Both the position numbers and the translations under genes were made by a program. From Chloroflexota bacterium (GTDB lineage Bacteria; Chloroflexota; UBA11872; UBA12225; JAJDUF01), in the NCBI GenBank assembly GCA_965238265.1, contig OZ250185.1, forward strand, positions 2,973,255 to 3,037,254: a DNA stretch of 64,000 bases. The letters are read 5' to 3'. Every line of letters begins with the position of its first letter. Position 1 is the stretch's first letter. The notes under the pieces are model-generated. The model was not told the DNA's origin and searched no databases. It worked only from the letters and a program-made list of their open reading frames with translations. Positions 18,699 through 28,748 of the stretch are shown here, piece by piece.

Positions 18699-21011
18699 TC
18701 AGTCGTAGCGTACCGTGTCCCGCACGAGGATCATCGGCTCGGCCCAGCCGCCCCAGGCATAGGCGAGCGTCGTCACCGGTTCGGTGCGGAGCCGCAGTGT
18801 TACCGTCTGGCCAGCCAACGCTCCGAGATCAACCACCTCGTCGAGCCACCGGCGGTCGGCCGCCCGTTGCCGCGGCGCGACGTGCCGCTGGAAGAGCGCA
18901 CTCCAGCCGGTCGGGGTCGCAACTTCCAGGAGAAAGCGCACACCATGGGCCTCCGGCTGGTGCCACACTGCCGGATCCATCGCCAGCCCCGTTTGGAAGA
19001 TCGCTCCTGGGGGCACCGTCACCTCGACCGTGAGCGTAGCTGGCGGGTGCATATACAACCAGCGCCGCTCCCGGTGGATGATTGGCCACCAGCGCCAGTC
19101 CTCGGGAACCAGCACCTGCCGCGCACGTTCCGCGTCCACAATCCGCAGCCAGCGGAGGTCAATGTACGATCCCAGGCTCGATCCCGCGGGCGAGGCGAGC
19201 GCCGCCTGACCCCGCTCCGCTGCCAGGGCAAAGTCCAAGACCACGCGGTTGTGGGCGGCCGACGCCGGCTGGTCCGGGCCAGCTACGTAACGCAGCGTCC
19301 GTGCGCCGATGACCAGAACCAACCCAGCCGCTCCGAGGAGCAGGAGAGACTGAAGTGCCAGCCACCAGGTCTGTGCCTGGCTCCAGTTTGGGGGCGTCCG
19401 GGCCAGGAGTGGGCGCCAGCGCCGCCCCACGACCAAGAGACTGCCGAGCACCACACCGGCGGCGATCAGGAGTGAGAGGCCCGTGCCCAATGCCCGCAGG
19501 GGGGTGGGACGCAACTCCAGGTGCAGACGATGGTGGCCCGGTGGCACGTCTACCACGATGAAGCCCAGCTTGGCGTCCTGCTTGACGCTATGGGGCACGG
19601 TGCGGTGGGCGATGGGGGTACCATCCAGGTACACCTGCCAACCGGGAAAATCAATCGTATGGAAAGCCAGGACTGCCGGCGTTTCCGCCTGCACCCCCAC
19701 CGTCGTCGCGGTGGGGCGCGCAAAGAGGCTGGTGATCTGAAGCCGGCCCGTGAGGGGGCGCACCAGCCCCCCGAGCCACGAGCGCTCCGGGACCAATGCC
19801 TCATACAGCCGCCGGCCACGAATCATCAGTCTCGAGCTCCAGCGGGCATACTCCACCGCCCGCGGCAGGTACTCCCCCAGGTCAGCAGTTCCATCCTCAT
19901 ATTTGCCCACTTCCGTCGCCCGCAGCTCGGCCGCCCCCAAGCGCCGGCCGGACTCGCCGAGCGCCGGCCACGGCTGCGTGACCACTCCGCGGAAGGCTGT
20001 CCCGATGAAGAGGCTGCTCAAGGCCACCACGATCAGCAGGTGCGCGCGGCTCGCTCGCGCCGCCCGGTCCGACCACAGCAGCCGGATGCCCCCGGCCGCG
20101 CCCAGCGCGAGCATGAGGGCCAGCGGCCCGTAGAGGCGCCAGGAGAACTGGATGTCCCGCAGCAGCGGGAGGTGCGGCCATAGCGTTGCGGACCAGGTGG
20201 TCAGCAGGAACCAGCCGCCGATGGTCACGAGGCCGCAGCAGGCTAGGAGATAGAGATTGCGGCGGTCGCTGCGCCGTAGAGCTGCTACCAGGCCACCGAC
20301 CACTCCGGCCCAGAGCACGAGCTGGGGCAGTAGGGGCTTGTGTGGCCCATTGAGCCAACCGGAGAAGGCCGGCGTCCAGCGCAAGTCAATCGGGCCGAAG
20401 CGGGTTCCGGTGTAGTCCGGCCACTGGTCACGGGAGACTATGCCGAGCGGATCAAATAACCACTCGCGGGGGTCGAGAGTGCCCTGATGCAGATACTCGA
20501 TATGCACGAAGCCGCGTTCCCCCAAGGCTGGGAGCCAGAAGTACGCACTGAGCGCAATACCCGTGAGGAGGGCGCCGAGCGAGGTACCGAGGGCCACCGG
20601 CATCTCGCTGGCGCCGCGCGTGTCGCTGAGGAGCAGGCAGAGCAGCCAAGCCAGCAGGAGGCCCACACCGAGAAACGCCGTGATGTTGTGCGTGAGCAGG
20701 AGGAGCGTGGTGAGGAGGGCAAGCAGCACCGCGCGGAGGTACGCCGGCCGGTGCCACAAGCGCCAGGCTGCCCAAAGTAGCCACGGCAGGAGACCAAGCG
20801 CCAGGGCTTCAGGGAGGTTGCCGCGAATATACAGGTTGTAGAGAAAAGGGTAGGGAGCGAGGGTGTAAGCCGCTGCCGCCAGGAAACCGGTCGCACTGGA
20901 CGGCCAGAGCGCGCGGGCGAGGCTGAAGGCCCCGGTAGCGCCGGCAAAGACGGCTACTATGCCGACGGCTTGCAGTCCGCCATAGCGATCCAGTCCGAGG
21001 AAATGCCCCAC
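18699..21011 (-). CDS. Large polytopic membrane protein, PTPS-related/YfhO/PMT-like glycosyltransferase family (C-terminal major part); frameshifted from its N-terminal exon at 20957..21286
   Basis: About 14 TM helices are followed by a large extracytoplasmic C-terminal domain. The family signature is split across the two ORFs. Confidence 0.7.
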   Translation of the reverse strand: MGHFLGLDRYGGLQAVGIVAVFAGATGAFSLARALWPSSATGFLAAAAYTLAPYPFLYNLYIRGNLPEALALGLLPWLLWAAWRLWHRPAYLRAVLLALLTTLLLLTHNITAFLGVGLLLAWLLCLLLSDTRGASEMPVALGTSLGALLTGIALSAYFWLPALGERGFVHIEYLHQGTLDPREWLFDPLGIVSRDQWPDYTGTRFGPIDLRWTPAFSGWLNGPHKPLLPQLVLWAGVVGGLVAALRRSDRRNLYLLACCGLVTIGGWFLLTTWSATLWPHLPLLRDIQFSWRLYGPLALMLALGAAGGIRLLWSDRAARASRAHLLIVVALSSLFIGTAFRGVVTQPWPALGESGRRLGAAELRATEVGKYEDGTADLGEYLPRAVEYARWSSRLMIRGRRLYEALVPERSWLGGLVRPLTGRLQITSLFARPTATTVGVQAETPAVLAFHTIDFPGWQVYLDGTPIAHRTVPHSVKQDAKLGFIVVDVPPGHHRLHLELRPTPLRALGTGLSLLIAAGVVLGSLLVVGRRWRPLLARTPPNWSQAQTWWLALQSLLLLGAAGLVLVIGARTLRYVAGPDQPASAAHNRVVLDFALAAERGQAALASPAGSSLGSYIDLRWLRIVDAERARQVLVPEDWRWWPIIHRERRWLYMHPPATLTVEVTVPPGAIFQTGLAMDPAVWHQPEAHGVRFLLEVATPTGWSALFQRHVAPRQRAADRRWLDEVVDLGALAGQTVTLRLRTEPVTTLAYAWGGWAEPMILVRDTVRYD

Positions 21012-21286
21012 GGCTGCCAGGTAGTAGGGGAGCGGCGGGACATAGTTGAAGACGGGGTACCGTACCCATAGCCCAGGTAGAGGTCCGGCGCCCAGCGCGG
21101 AAACCAGTCCCCGCGCCGGAGTAAGTCCGCAAAGACGTAGCTCCGCAAGAGATGGACCGGCCCGTCATGCGGCTCCCAGAGATTGAATGCGGGATTGGCC
21201 CACCACCAGCAGGCCAGGAGCACTAGCCCGACGAGAGTACTGCCGACGGCAACGTGGCGCAAAGTAGGTAGCCAGGTAATATTCAT
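20957..21286 (-). pseudogene. N-terminal fragment of the same PTPS-related membrane glycosyltransferase (frameshifted)
   Basis: PHDGPVHLLRSYVFADLLRRGDWFPRWAPDLYLGYGY is the conserved N-terminal motif of this family. Beyond the tandem GTACCGTACC at 21056-21065 the frame is lost. Removing one GTACC restores ...GYGYPVFNYVPPLPYYLAAVGHFLGLDRYGG.... Confidence 0.7.
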
Positions 21287-21505
21287 CGCGCGCGCTCAAC
21301 GCCGGCGGTATAGCCTGGATAATACCCTAAGGGGAGGACCACTTTTACCCCCCGGCCCCGGTCATTCCCGCTTTCGCGGGAATCCAGCGCGAGGCAGCAC
21401 GCCCTCGCGCCCCTTCCCCGCCCACTCTGTTATAGTCGCAGGCGACCGTCTGGAATAGGCCGACATGAGGGTGCGGCTGCGGGCCGGCAGCCGGGAGGAA
21501 CAGCG

Positions 21506-22825
21506 ATGACGACACCTTCCTTGCTCGATCATGTGACGGAGCTGCACGTCGAAGCGCCGCTGCCCACGATGTACCGGGTACGGCAGCACTTCGACGCGCC
21601 TGACGTCGGCGACATCGCGGCGGCGGTGGCCCGCCAACTCACCGCGTTGGACGGACGGATTCAGGCCGGGATGCGGGTGGGTGTCACGGCCGGCAGCCGC
21701 GGCCTCGCCAACATTCCGGTCATTCTGCGCGCCGTGGGGAACGAGATTCGGCAGCGGGGCGGGCACCCGTTCATCATTCCGGCCATGGGCAGCCACGGTG
21801 GCGCGACGGCCGAGGGACAGGAGGAGGTGCTGGCCTCGTATGGGATCACCGAGCGGACCACCGCCATGCCCATTGTCTCGGCGATGGACGTGCGGCAGAT
21901 CGGGCAGCTCCCGGACGGCCCCCCGGTGTACATGAGCACGACCGCGCTGGAGGCCGACGCGCTGCTCATCGTCGGACGGGTGAAGCCGCACACCGATTTC
22001 CGCGCCGACATCGAGAGCGGCCTGGCTAAGATCATGACCATCGGCTTGGGCAAGCATCGCGGCGCGCAGATGATCCATTCCTACGGCACCGTGGGCCTGA
22101 GCCGCTCGCTACCATTGGCGTCACAACTGATGGTGCGCCACGCCAACGTGCTCGGCGGCCTGGCAATTCTGGAGAATGCCTATGACCACACCGCCAAGCT
22201 GGAGTTTGTCGAGGCGGCCGGGATTGGCGGTCCGCACGAGACCCGCCTGCTGACGGAGGCCCGCTCCCTCATGGCCTCCCTGCCCTTCGACGAGCTGGAC
22301 GTGCTCGTCGTCCAGGAGATGGGGAAGAACATCAGCGGTACGGGCATGGACACGAACATCATCGGGCGGATGATGATTGACAACGTGGCCGAGTTCGAGC
22401 GTCCGCGCATCCGCATCGTCACCGTCCTCGACCTGACCGACGAGGCGCACGGCAACGGCGCCGGGATCGGACTTGCCGACCTGCTGTCGCGCCGCGCGGT
22501 CGAGAAGCTGGACTTACGCGCCACCTATATCAATGGCTTCACGTCGGGCATCGGGGGCGTACAGCGCATCAAGCTGCCGGCGTTCCTGCCCACCGATCTC
22601 GACACGATTGCCGCCGGCATCCTCTGTTGTGGACGCGGCGATCCGCAGAATGCACGGGTGGTCGTCATCCGCAACACGCTGGAGTTGAGCGACCTCCACA
22701 TCTCCGCCTCGCTCCTCGACGCAGCCCAGGCACATCCCCGCCTCGACATCATCAGCGACGGCGCCAAGCTCCCCTTCGACGAGGCCGGCGCCCTCAACCT
22801 CTGGGCCGTCCCGGTCCACGCCTGA
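21506..22825 (+). CDS. LarA-like / DUF2088 lactate-racemase-domain protein
   Basis: Length and motifs (GSRGLANIPVIL, HGGA, GLGKHRGAQ) resemble the nickel-dependent lactate racemase N-domain family. Moderate confidence. Confidence 0.55.
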   Translation: MTTPSLLDHVTELHVEAPLPTMYRVRQHFDAPDVGDIAAAVARQLTALDGRIQAGMRVGVTAGSRGLANIPVILRAVGNEIRQRGGHPFIIPAMGSHGGATAEGQEEVLASYGITERTTAMPIVSAMDVRQIGQLPDGPPVYMSTTALEADALLIVGRVKPHTDFRADIESGLAKIMTIGLGKHRGAQMIHSYGTVGLSRSLPLASQLMVRHANVLGGLAILENAYDHTAKLEFVEAAGIGGPHETRLLTEARSLMASLPFDELDVLVVQEMGKNISGTGMDTNIIGRMMIDNVAEFERPRIRIVTVLDLTDEAHGNGAGIGLADLLSRRAVEKLDLRATYINGFTSGIGGVQRIKLPAFLPTDLDTIAAGILCCGRGDPQNARVVVIRNTLELSDLHISASLLDAAQAHPRLDIISDGAKLPFDEAGALNLWAVPVHA

Positions 22826-23417
22826 GCGCCTCCTGGTGTGCGCCGGCCGTCGCGGCCAGTCCTTGTACGGCCGCGACGGTCTCGTCGGTGAGGTAGACGC
22901 GGTAGCGGAGGAGCGGACGCCGGGTGGCGAGCAACACGTCGCGGATACGGCCCTGTAGCTCTGCCAACGTGGCATAGGTGGCCCTGGCGATCTCGTGGCG
23001 ATCAATGGGATCGAGCTGCCCCCCAACCCGTCGCGCCGTGAACACGTGGCTGACCCACGGCTGCGTGCGGTGGCCCTCGGTAAAGACCGCCTCGATACGC
23101 AGCACGTAGCGCTCTAGCACAACATCAAGACCGGTTTCCTCTTTGGCCTCGCGGCGGGCGCCGCGCTCCAACGCCTCGCCCGGCTCCAGCCCGCCGCTGG
23201 GTGCCCGGAAGCCGCCGGGCGGAAACGAGTGCTTGGCGATCAAAGTGAGCCGGTCGCCGGCAAAGATAAACATGGTGATGTCATGGCTGCGGCCGTGCTT
23301 GCGGCTGCCCAGCACCATGTCCATCTCGCCGCGCGAGATCGTCTGCTCCCGCTCCCGCACGATGGGAGCGCCATAGCGCCGCTCCCACTCCCGCACACTG
23401 GCCGCAGCAATGAACAC
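22794..23417 (-). CDS. NUDIX hydrolase
   Basis: Nudix box GGLEPGEALERGARREAKEETG. Confidence 0.85.
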   Translation of the reverse strand: MFIAAASVREWERRYGAPIVREREQTISRGEMDMVLGSRKHGRSHDITMFIFAGDRLTLIAKHSFPPGGFRAPSGGLEPGEALERGARREAKEETGLDVVLERYVLRIEAVFTEGHRTQPWVSHVFTARRVGGQLDPIDRHEIARATYATLAELQGRIRDVLLATRRPLLRYRVYLTDETVAAVQGLAATAGAHQEALRRGPGRPRG

Positions 23418-23520
23418 GGGTAGATTGTACCCGGCGCTGGTGGTTGGCGTGAGCTACGACGCGAGACGCCGTCGCAGCCGGCCGGAAACGGCTGGAGTGG
23501 GGCGCGAAGTGCCCCGCAAT

Positions 23521-23547
23521 TGAACAATCCTCGGTCTTGCCACGTCA
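23521..23547 (+). promoter_or_regulatory. ECF-sigma-type promoter (GAAC-N17-CGTC) upstream of the ECF sigma gene; likely autoregulated
   Basis: tGAACaatcctcggtcttgccaCGTCag has 17-nt spacing and lies ~25 nt upstream of the GTG start at 23570. A purine-rich RBS (gggtgaagggaggtgg) follows. Confidence 0.5.
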
Positions 23548-23569
23548 GTAGGGTGAAGGGAGGTGGTAG

Positions 23570-24244
23570 GTGCCCGATCCCTCCGAACAGGAGCTGCTGC
23601 GGCTGGCCAGAAAGGGCAAGCGCGCCGCGTTCGGCCGGCTGCAGCAGCGCCTCGAAGGGCCGGTGCGGCGTTTTGTGCAGCGGCTAGTCGGGCAAGACTA
23701 TGACGCGGACGACGTTGTGCAGGATGCGTTTATCGCGCTCTATATCCATCTCAAGGACCTGCGGTCTGTCAGCAAGCTACGTCCCTTTCTGTTCCGCATC
23801 GCCCGCAATCGCTGCTACGACGAGCTGCGGCGCCAGAGACGCTTCGGGCGCGTGCCGCTGACAGATGAATTGGCCACAGCCGACGCGGTGCTGCATGCAG
23901 CTACGGCTGCAGCGGAACAGCCTGACCGGGTGGCAGAGTGGGTCTGGCTCCTGGCCGAGGTCCGGCGGGCAATTGACCGCCTTCCCGAGCTACAGCGCCA
24001 GGCGATGATCCTGTACGTCGAGGAGGGGTGGACCTATGCGGAGATAGCGGAAGCGATGAGCACAAGCATTGGCACGGTCAAGTCGCGCATTCATCACGCC
24101 CGGCGTAAGCTGCGCCGACTGCTCAAACCGGAGACGTTAGCAGCTTTGGGGGTGGCTGCGCCGCAGCAGCGCCACGCGAGCAAGACGAGGCCCACAGATC
24201 CGCTGACCGCTAAAGCCAAGAAGGGAGGACACAGTGGCTGCTGA
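23570..24244 (+). CDS. RNA polymerase ECF (sigma-70 family group IV) sigma factor
   Basis: Region 2 (DDVVQDAFIALY) and a region-4 HTH (EGWTYAEIAEAMSTSIGTVKSRIHHARRKL). Confidence 0.85.
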   Translation: MPDPSEQELLRLARKGKRAAFGRLQQRLEGPVRRFVQRLVGQDYDADDVVQDAFIALYIHLKDLRSVSKLRPFLFRIARNRCYDELRRQRRFGRVPLTDELATADAVLHAATAAAEQPDRVAEWVWLLAEVRRAIDRLPELQRQAMILYVEEGWTYAEIAEAMSTSIGTVKSRIHHARRKLRRLLKPETLAALGVAAPQQRHASKTRPTDPLTAKAKKGGHSGC

Positions 24245-24812
24245 GAGCAGTGACACCCAGCATCCCCTCAGCGTGCCGGGTCGAGGGGCGCTGGCCGAGT
24301 TAGGGACAGCAAATCTGGCGCCAACAGACAGCAATAAGGAGGCGACTGTGACAGGGTTAGGTGGTGATACGTTGCGCGCTGCGATGCGTTTCGTGCCGGT
24401 GGCCCGTGCCCTCAAAGCAGACCTGGAGGAGAGCATCCACACGGAAAACTATCAGGGCATAGGCGATGTGGCACTCCGCAGCTTCAGGAACGTTCAGACC
24501 AGCATTGGGCAGATCACTGGTGATGCCTTCATTGCTACTCTTGGCTCTGACCTGCCCGATGATGCCAGCGATAAAGAGAAGGTCTGGCAAGCCCTGCTCG
24601 CCGTAGATCAGCTGGTTGCCTACCTCGGCCCACAGGCCGGATTTCCGAGCGAGAGCCAGGTGGTACAAGACAGGAGATTCCAGAATTACAAGCCCATCAC
24701 CATCGGCAATGTCACGGGGGCCAAAGCAGACAAGATCATCGAGCAGATCAGCAAGCGAGTCCAGGGCGATGAGGAGCCGGAAGAAGAGGATGACGAGGAG
24801 GCCGAGTCGTAG
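24234..24812 (+). CDS. Hypothetical soluble protein co-transcribed with the ECF sigma (anti-sigma position; no TM, no zinc finger); acidic C-terminal tail
   Basis: GTG start overlaps the sigma stop (translational coupling). Local GC is ~55%, lower than neighbours. The tail is EEPEEEDDEEAES. Confidence 0.5.
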   Translation: MAAESSDTQHPLSVPGRGALAELGTANLAPTDSNKEATVTGLGGDTLRAAMRFVPVARALKADLEESIHTENYQGIGDVALRSFRNVQTSIGQITGDAFIATLGSDLPDDASDKEKVWQALLAVDQLVAYLGPQAGFPSESQVVQDRRFQNYKPITIGNVTGAKADKIIEQISKRVQGDEEPEEEDDEEAES

Positions 24813-25000
24813 CGGTTAGCGCCGCACCCCCCGGCCCCCCTCTCCAGCACCAGCGGGGGAGGCCGCCGGAGACGGATGGGGGGTGAGATGCTATCCTTAC
24901 GAGGGCGAGCGGCCAGTGGTATTACGCTCGTGGAGTGGGGCAGGGCAATCGGCGGGACCGCGCACCCGCTGGAGCCTCAGCACCTTGCCCATACAACGGC

Positions 25001-26222
25001 GATGAGCAATGGGCATACACGGCCAAACGTGCTGGTCATCGGTGCCCAGCCGCGCGACCATCATGCCCTCGCCGCGGTGGACGGCTATCAGTTCCACTTC
25101 CTCGATCTGGATTACAGCGCCCGTTTCAATCGGTTCAACGTCAATCTCCTGGCCTACTTGGACGAGGCGCGTCGCTACATCGAGGCACACGATATTGCTG
25201 GACTGTACTACAGTTTTGATCTCTCCTCACTCCTCGCCGCTGTGCTCTGCGCCGAGTACGGCCTGCCGGGACCCAGCCTTGCGGCTACCTTTACTGCCTA
25301 CTATAAGCTCTATACGCGCCTGTTCACGGGATCGGTGCCGCAGCCGCGCGTGTGCCGACTGGGCGACGCGCTGACCGACTGGCCGCCCTACCCCTTCTAC
25401 ATCAAGGCGCCTTGCTCGGCCGCCGGGGTGCTCGGGTTCACGATCCGCAGCGACGCTGACCTGGCACAGGCCATGCACATCGTCGAGCGCGAGCTGCCGG
25501 CGATGAATGCGCCGCTCTTCCCCTTCTATCGGCGGCACCTTGACCTGGAAGCCTTCCCACTGGCGTTGGAGCACGTCTTCCTCGTCGAGGACTGTGTATC
25601 CGCCAAGCAGATGACGCTGGAGGGCTTTGTCCGGCAAGGCGAGGTGCATTTCACGGCAGCCACAGATACCAATAGGTTTCCGAATTCGCCGCTGATTGAT
25701 AACTTTTCGCTCCCTTCTCGTATCCCTGAGCACACGTTAGCGCGCATCCGGGCACAGGCGCAGCGGGACATCGCGCAGATCGGACTGGACAACAGCTTCT
25801 TCAACGTCGAGTACTGGTACGGTGATGATGAAATCAAGCTCATCGAGATCAATGCCCGCGCAGCAACGACCTTTTATAACCTGTACCGCCGGGTGCTTGG
25901 CTACGATGTCTACCAGGCGGGCGTTGAGCTGTGTCTGGGCCAGCGACCCGCCGTGCGCTGCACAGCGGAGGGCGTGGGTGGACAGTTCAACGTGATCACC
26001 ACCCAAGAGGGGAACTCCAGCGACCTCTTCGATTACGACGTGCATATCCCCTTCTTCACCGATCTCTTCATCAAGTCCGGAACCCCCATCCGGCAGCTCA
26101 GTGAGTACGGAATCGTGATCGCCCAGATTGAGCTTTTGGGAGACACGTTTGCGGAGATCGGGGCCACGGCCAACGCCTACCGCCGGCGCCTGCTGAAACG
26201 AGACGCGGTCGGGACCTCCTGA
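25001..26222 (+). CDS. ATP-grasp domain protein (carboxylate-amine/peptide ligase-like)
   Basis: C-terminal ATP-grasp signature ...DDEIKLIEINARAATTF.... The central domain is typical in size. The ORF track start at 24876 is likely too far upstream; ATG at 25001 (MSNGHTRPNVLVIG) fits. Confidence 0.65.
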
Positions 26223-26534
26223 GGAACCCGCACAAGGGTAGGTTTTTCGGCGGGAGGTGGGTTGTGGACCTAACCCCCGGCCCCTTCCCTCTAGGGCAGG
26301 GGAGTCCACGCGGCGACCGGCCGCCGTTTCCTGCTAGGGAAGGCGGCCAGCACGACGGACTTCAGCCCCTTCCCTTCAGGGAGGGGGTTGGGGGTAGGTG
26401 CGTCTCTCCACACGAAAACCTACCCCTGTCAGGGCCGGGGGGTTATGAGCGCCGCGGGAGTCCGTTAACGCAGTGGAGGGGCCAACCGGCCGGTTGCCCC
26501 TCCGTCCGCCGCGCGTTGCTCCTGAGTATTGCTG

Positions 26535-26870
26535 CTACGCAGCACCGTCCAGAACGCTGTCCAGCTCGCGCTTGAGCTCGCTCTTGCGCCGGACGCCGAG
26601 CAGCCGGTTGACCTCTTTGCCGCCGTTGAAGAACAACAGGGCCGGGATCGCCATAATCCCGTACTGGCCGGCGGTGGTAGCGTTCTCATCCGTGTTGAGC
26701 TTCACGAACTTGACCCGACCGTCGTACTCCTCCGCTAGCTCGTCGAGGGTTGGGGCGATCATCCGGCAGGGACCGCACCAGGGCGCCCAGAAGTCAACGA
26801 GCACCGGCTCGGCGGCTTGGAGCACATCGCTCTCGAAGGTTGCGTCCGTGACGGCCATGGCTGAGGACAT
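26535..26870 (-). CDS. trxA: Thioredoxin
   Basis: WCGPC active site and full Trx fold length. Start MSSAMAVTD at 26870. Confidence 0.9.
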   Translation of the reverse strand: MSSAMAVTDATFESDVLQAAEPVLVDFWAPWCGPCRMIAPTLDELAEEYDGRVKFVKLNTDENATTAGQYGIMAIPALLFFNGGKEVNRLLGVRRKSELKRELDSVLDGAA

Positions 26871-26975
26871 AGCAATTCTCCTTGTCGTAGGCGGTAGCTT
26901 GGGCAGTGACGACCTCGTGCGAGGCGTCTCAGCGCATACATCTACTATGCAGCACAAAGGATAGCACGTTGCACG

Positions 26976-28106
26976 TTAGGCAGCCGTCGTCGCAGCCTCG
27001 CGTTCGGGCCAGGCCCGGTGCGCGCGCACCTCGGAGGGACCGGCTCCTGGTAGGGCCTCCACGGTGGCCCTGATCGCCTCCAGTGCATAGGCAAGGGTCT
27101 CCTCGCCGTAGGGGCCTTCAGGCAGGGGAATATGCGACGGCTCGGTTTGGCCGCGGGTCAGCCACTCCGCGACGACGTGCATCTCGTCGAGCTGCGCCAG
27201 GTCGAGGGCGAGCCGTTGTGAGGTCGGGAAGGTCGTGCGGAGAAAGGCGCCCAAGGCTGCGGTCGTCGGGCTGTCCATGTTGCGCCGGAAGGTGTGCTGC
27301 CCCCGTAATTGCCCACAGCTGAAGGCCAGGAGCTGCATCTCGGCCTGGTCGTCGGCTGGCAAGAGCACGAGGAAGTTGACCGACCGCGCTGCCGTCGAGA
27401 GGTGGTGGCGCCGCCGCCGCAGCGTTTGCAGCGATTCGATAGTCCGTTGCAAGTGGGCGGCGCGCTCGAAGCTCAGTCGCTCCGCCGCCTCGTCCCGCGC
27501 GCGCGTCAGCTCACCGATCAGCGGTGTCACCTCGCCCTGCAGCAGACGCGCCGCTCGCTCCATGGACTCTCCATAGCGGGCGCGCACCTCCTCGTCCAAG
27601 CACGGCGCCTGACAGCGGTGCATCTGTCCCCACAGGCAGCGGCGCGCCTCCGCCTCCGGCGGCAAGTCGCCCTCACACCGGCGCAGGCCAAAGAGGCGGC
27701 TCACAAAGTCCAGCGCCTGCTCGGCCGAGCGCATCGTCCAGAACGGCCCATAGTAGGCGGCGCCGTCGGGAGTGATGGCCGTGGTGACCTCCAGATAGGG
27801 GAACCCCTCGCCAGGATGCAGGCGCAGAAAGGCGTAGCGCGGGTACTCGCGTCCCATCACGTTATATGGTGGCTGGTGCTGCTTGATGAGATACGACTCC
27901 AGGATGAGGGCCTCCAGCTCCGAGCCGACGGTCAGCCATTCGACCGCCGCGGCATGCTCGACCATCAGCCGGACTTTCCCCGCTGCGCTGGCGTGAAAGT
28001 AGGACGCGACCCGTTGGCGCAGACTCACCGACTTACCGATGTACAAGGTGCGGTCGTCCGGGTCATGGAAGAGATAGACACCCGGCTCGCGTGGAATCGT
28101 CTGCAA
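26976..28106 (-). CDS. GIY-YIG nuclease domain protein, UvrC N-terminal-half homolog (Cho-like), lacking the RNaseH/HhH C-terminal region
   Basis: GVYLFHD...LYIGKS...LESYLIKQHQPPYN is the GIY-YIG motif. A Cys-rich UvrC-family region follows (RRCEGD...CQAPC). The 5' portion of ORF 26976..28421 runs through a GC-rich repeat and is probably untranslated. A TTG start near 28106 is suggested. Confidence 0.6.
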   Translation of the reverse strand: MQTIPREPGVYLFHDPDDRTLYIGKSVSLRQRVASYFHASAAGKVRLMVEHAAAVEWLTVGSELEALILESYLIKQHQPPYNVMGREYPRYAFLRLHPGEGFPYLEVTTAITPDGAAYYGPFWTMRSAEQALDFVSRLFGLRRCEGDLPPEAEARRCLWGQMHRCQAPCLDEEVRARYGESMERAARLLQGEVTPLIGELTRARDEAAERLSFERAAHLQRTIESLQTLRRRRHHLSTAARSVNFLVLLPADDQAEMQLLAFSCGQLRGQHTFRRNMDSPTTAALGAFLRTTFPTSQRLALDLAQLDEMHVVAEWLTRGQTEPSHIPLPEGPYGEETLAYALEAIRATVEALPGAGPSEVRAHRAWPEREAATTAA

Positions 28107-28524
28107 GGAGCCGCGTAGCTGGCGAGACAGGGGTGCTGATCGCCGCCGGCGCCTCGTTTTGCGCCGCCCCGCCCGCGGGCGGATCAGGGGAGCCGGCAGT
28201 TGGAGGCACCCCGACGCGAGAGGGGATATCAGTGGAGCGTCAGAGGAGGGCAAAAGCGCCGCTGCCAGGGACACCACATCACCTCCGTCCGTGTGCTGGC
28301 GCGGCGGAGGTGATGCATGCTGGGATGACCCGCGCCAAGGGCGAGCCGCAGTATAGCAAGCATCCGCCAGCGGCGGCGGGGGAGGGAACTGCTTGTCCCC
28401 CGGCCGCAGCGGCTCCAGCAACCTCGTCCCCCTGCGGAGCGGGGGGGGGGCCTAGCATCAGCAGGTAGCAAGCGCTAGAATTAAGGAAGAGCGCCGTGCA
28501 TTCTCCCCGGTAACACGCCAGCCG

Positions 28525-28596
28525 GCCGACGTAGCTCAAAGGCAGAGCAGCGGTTTTGTAAACCGCAGGTTGTCGGTTCGAGTCCGACCGTCGGCT
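28525..28596 (+). tRNA. tRNA-Thr (anticodon TGT), CCA not encoded
   Basis: GCCGACGTAGCTCAAAGGCAGAGCAGCGGTTTTGTAAACCGCAGGTTGTCGGTTCGAGTCCGACCGTCGGCT has a 7-bp acceptor stem. The anticodon loop is TTTGTAA and the T-loop is GGTTCGAGTCC. Confidence 0.85.
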
Positions 28597-28748
28597 CCCC
28601 TTACCACCAAGTTATGTCGATTCCTCTTGAGCACGCAACGAAACGATGACGGTCCAGCTCCGGTTGTAGCCCTCCGTCGTCATCCGGCGCCGGCCGGAAT
28701 CCAGGGGACGGTCTGACCGGCGTGGGCAGTCTGCCTCGGCTCCAAGCC

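Noticed and set aside
24234-24812. 192-aa ORF as an RiPP precursor for the adjacent ATP-grasp enzyme
   Set aside because: Far too long and lacking a repeated core motif. Kept only as a hypothetical sigma-associated protein.
28107-28421. N-terminal 105 aa of ORF 26976..28421 (GIY-YIG gene)
   Set aside because: This segment is Pro/Arg-rich translation of the GC-rich palindromic repeat block. The conserved GIY-YIG motif begins right after a TTG at ~28106.
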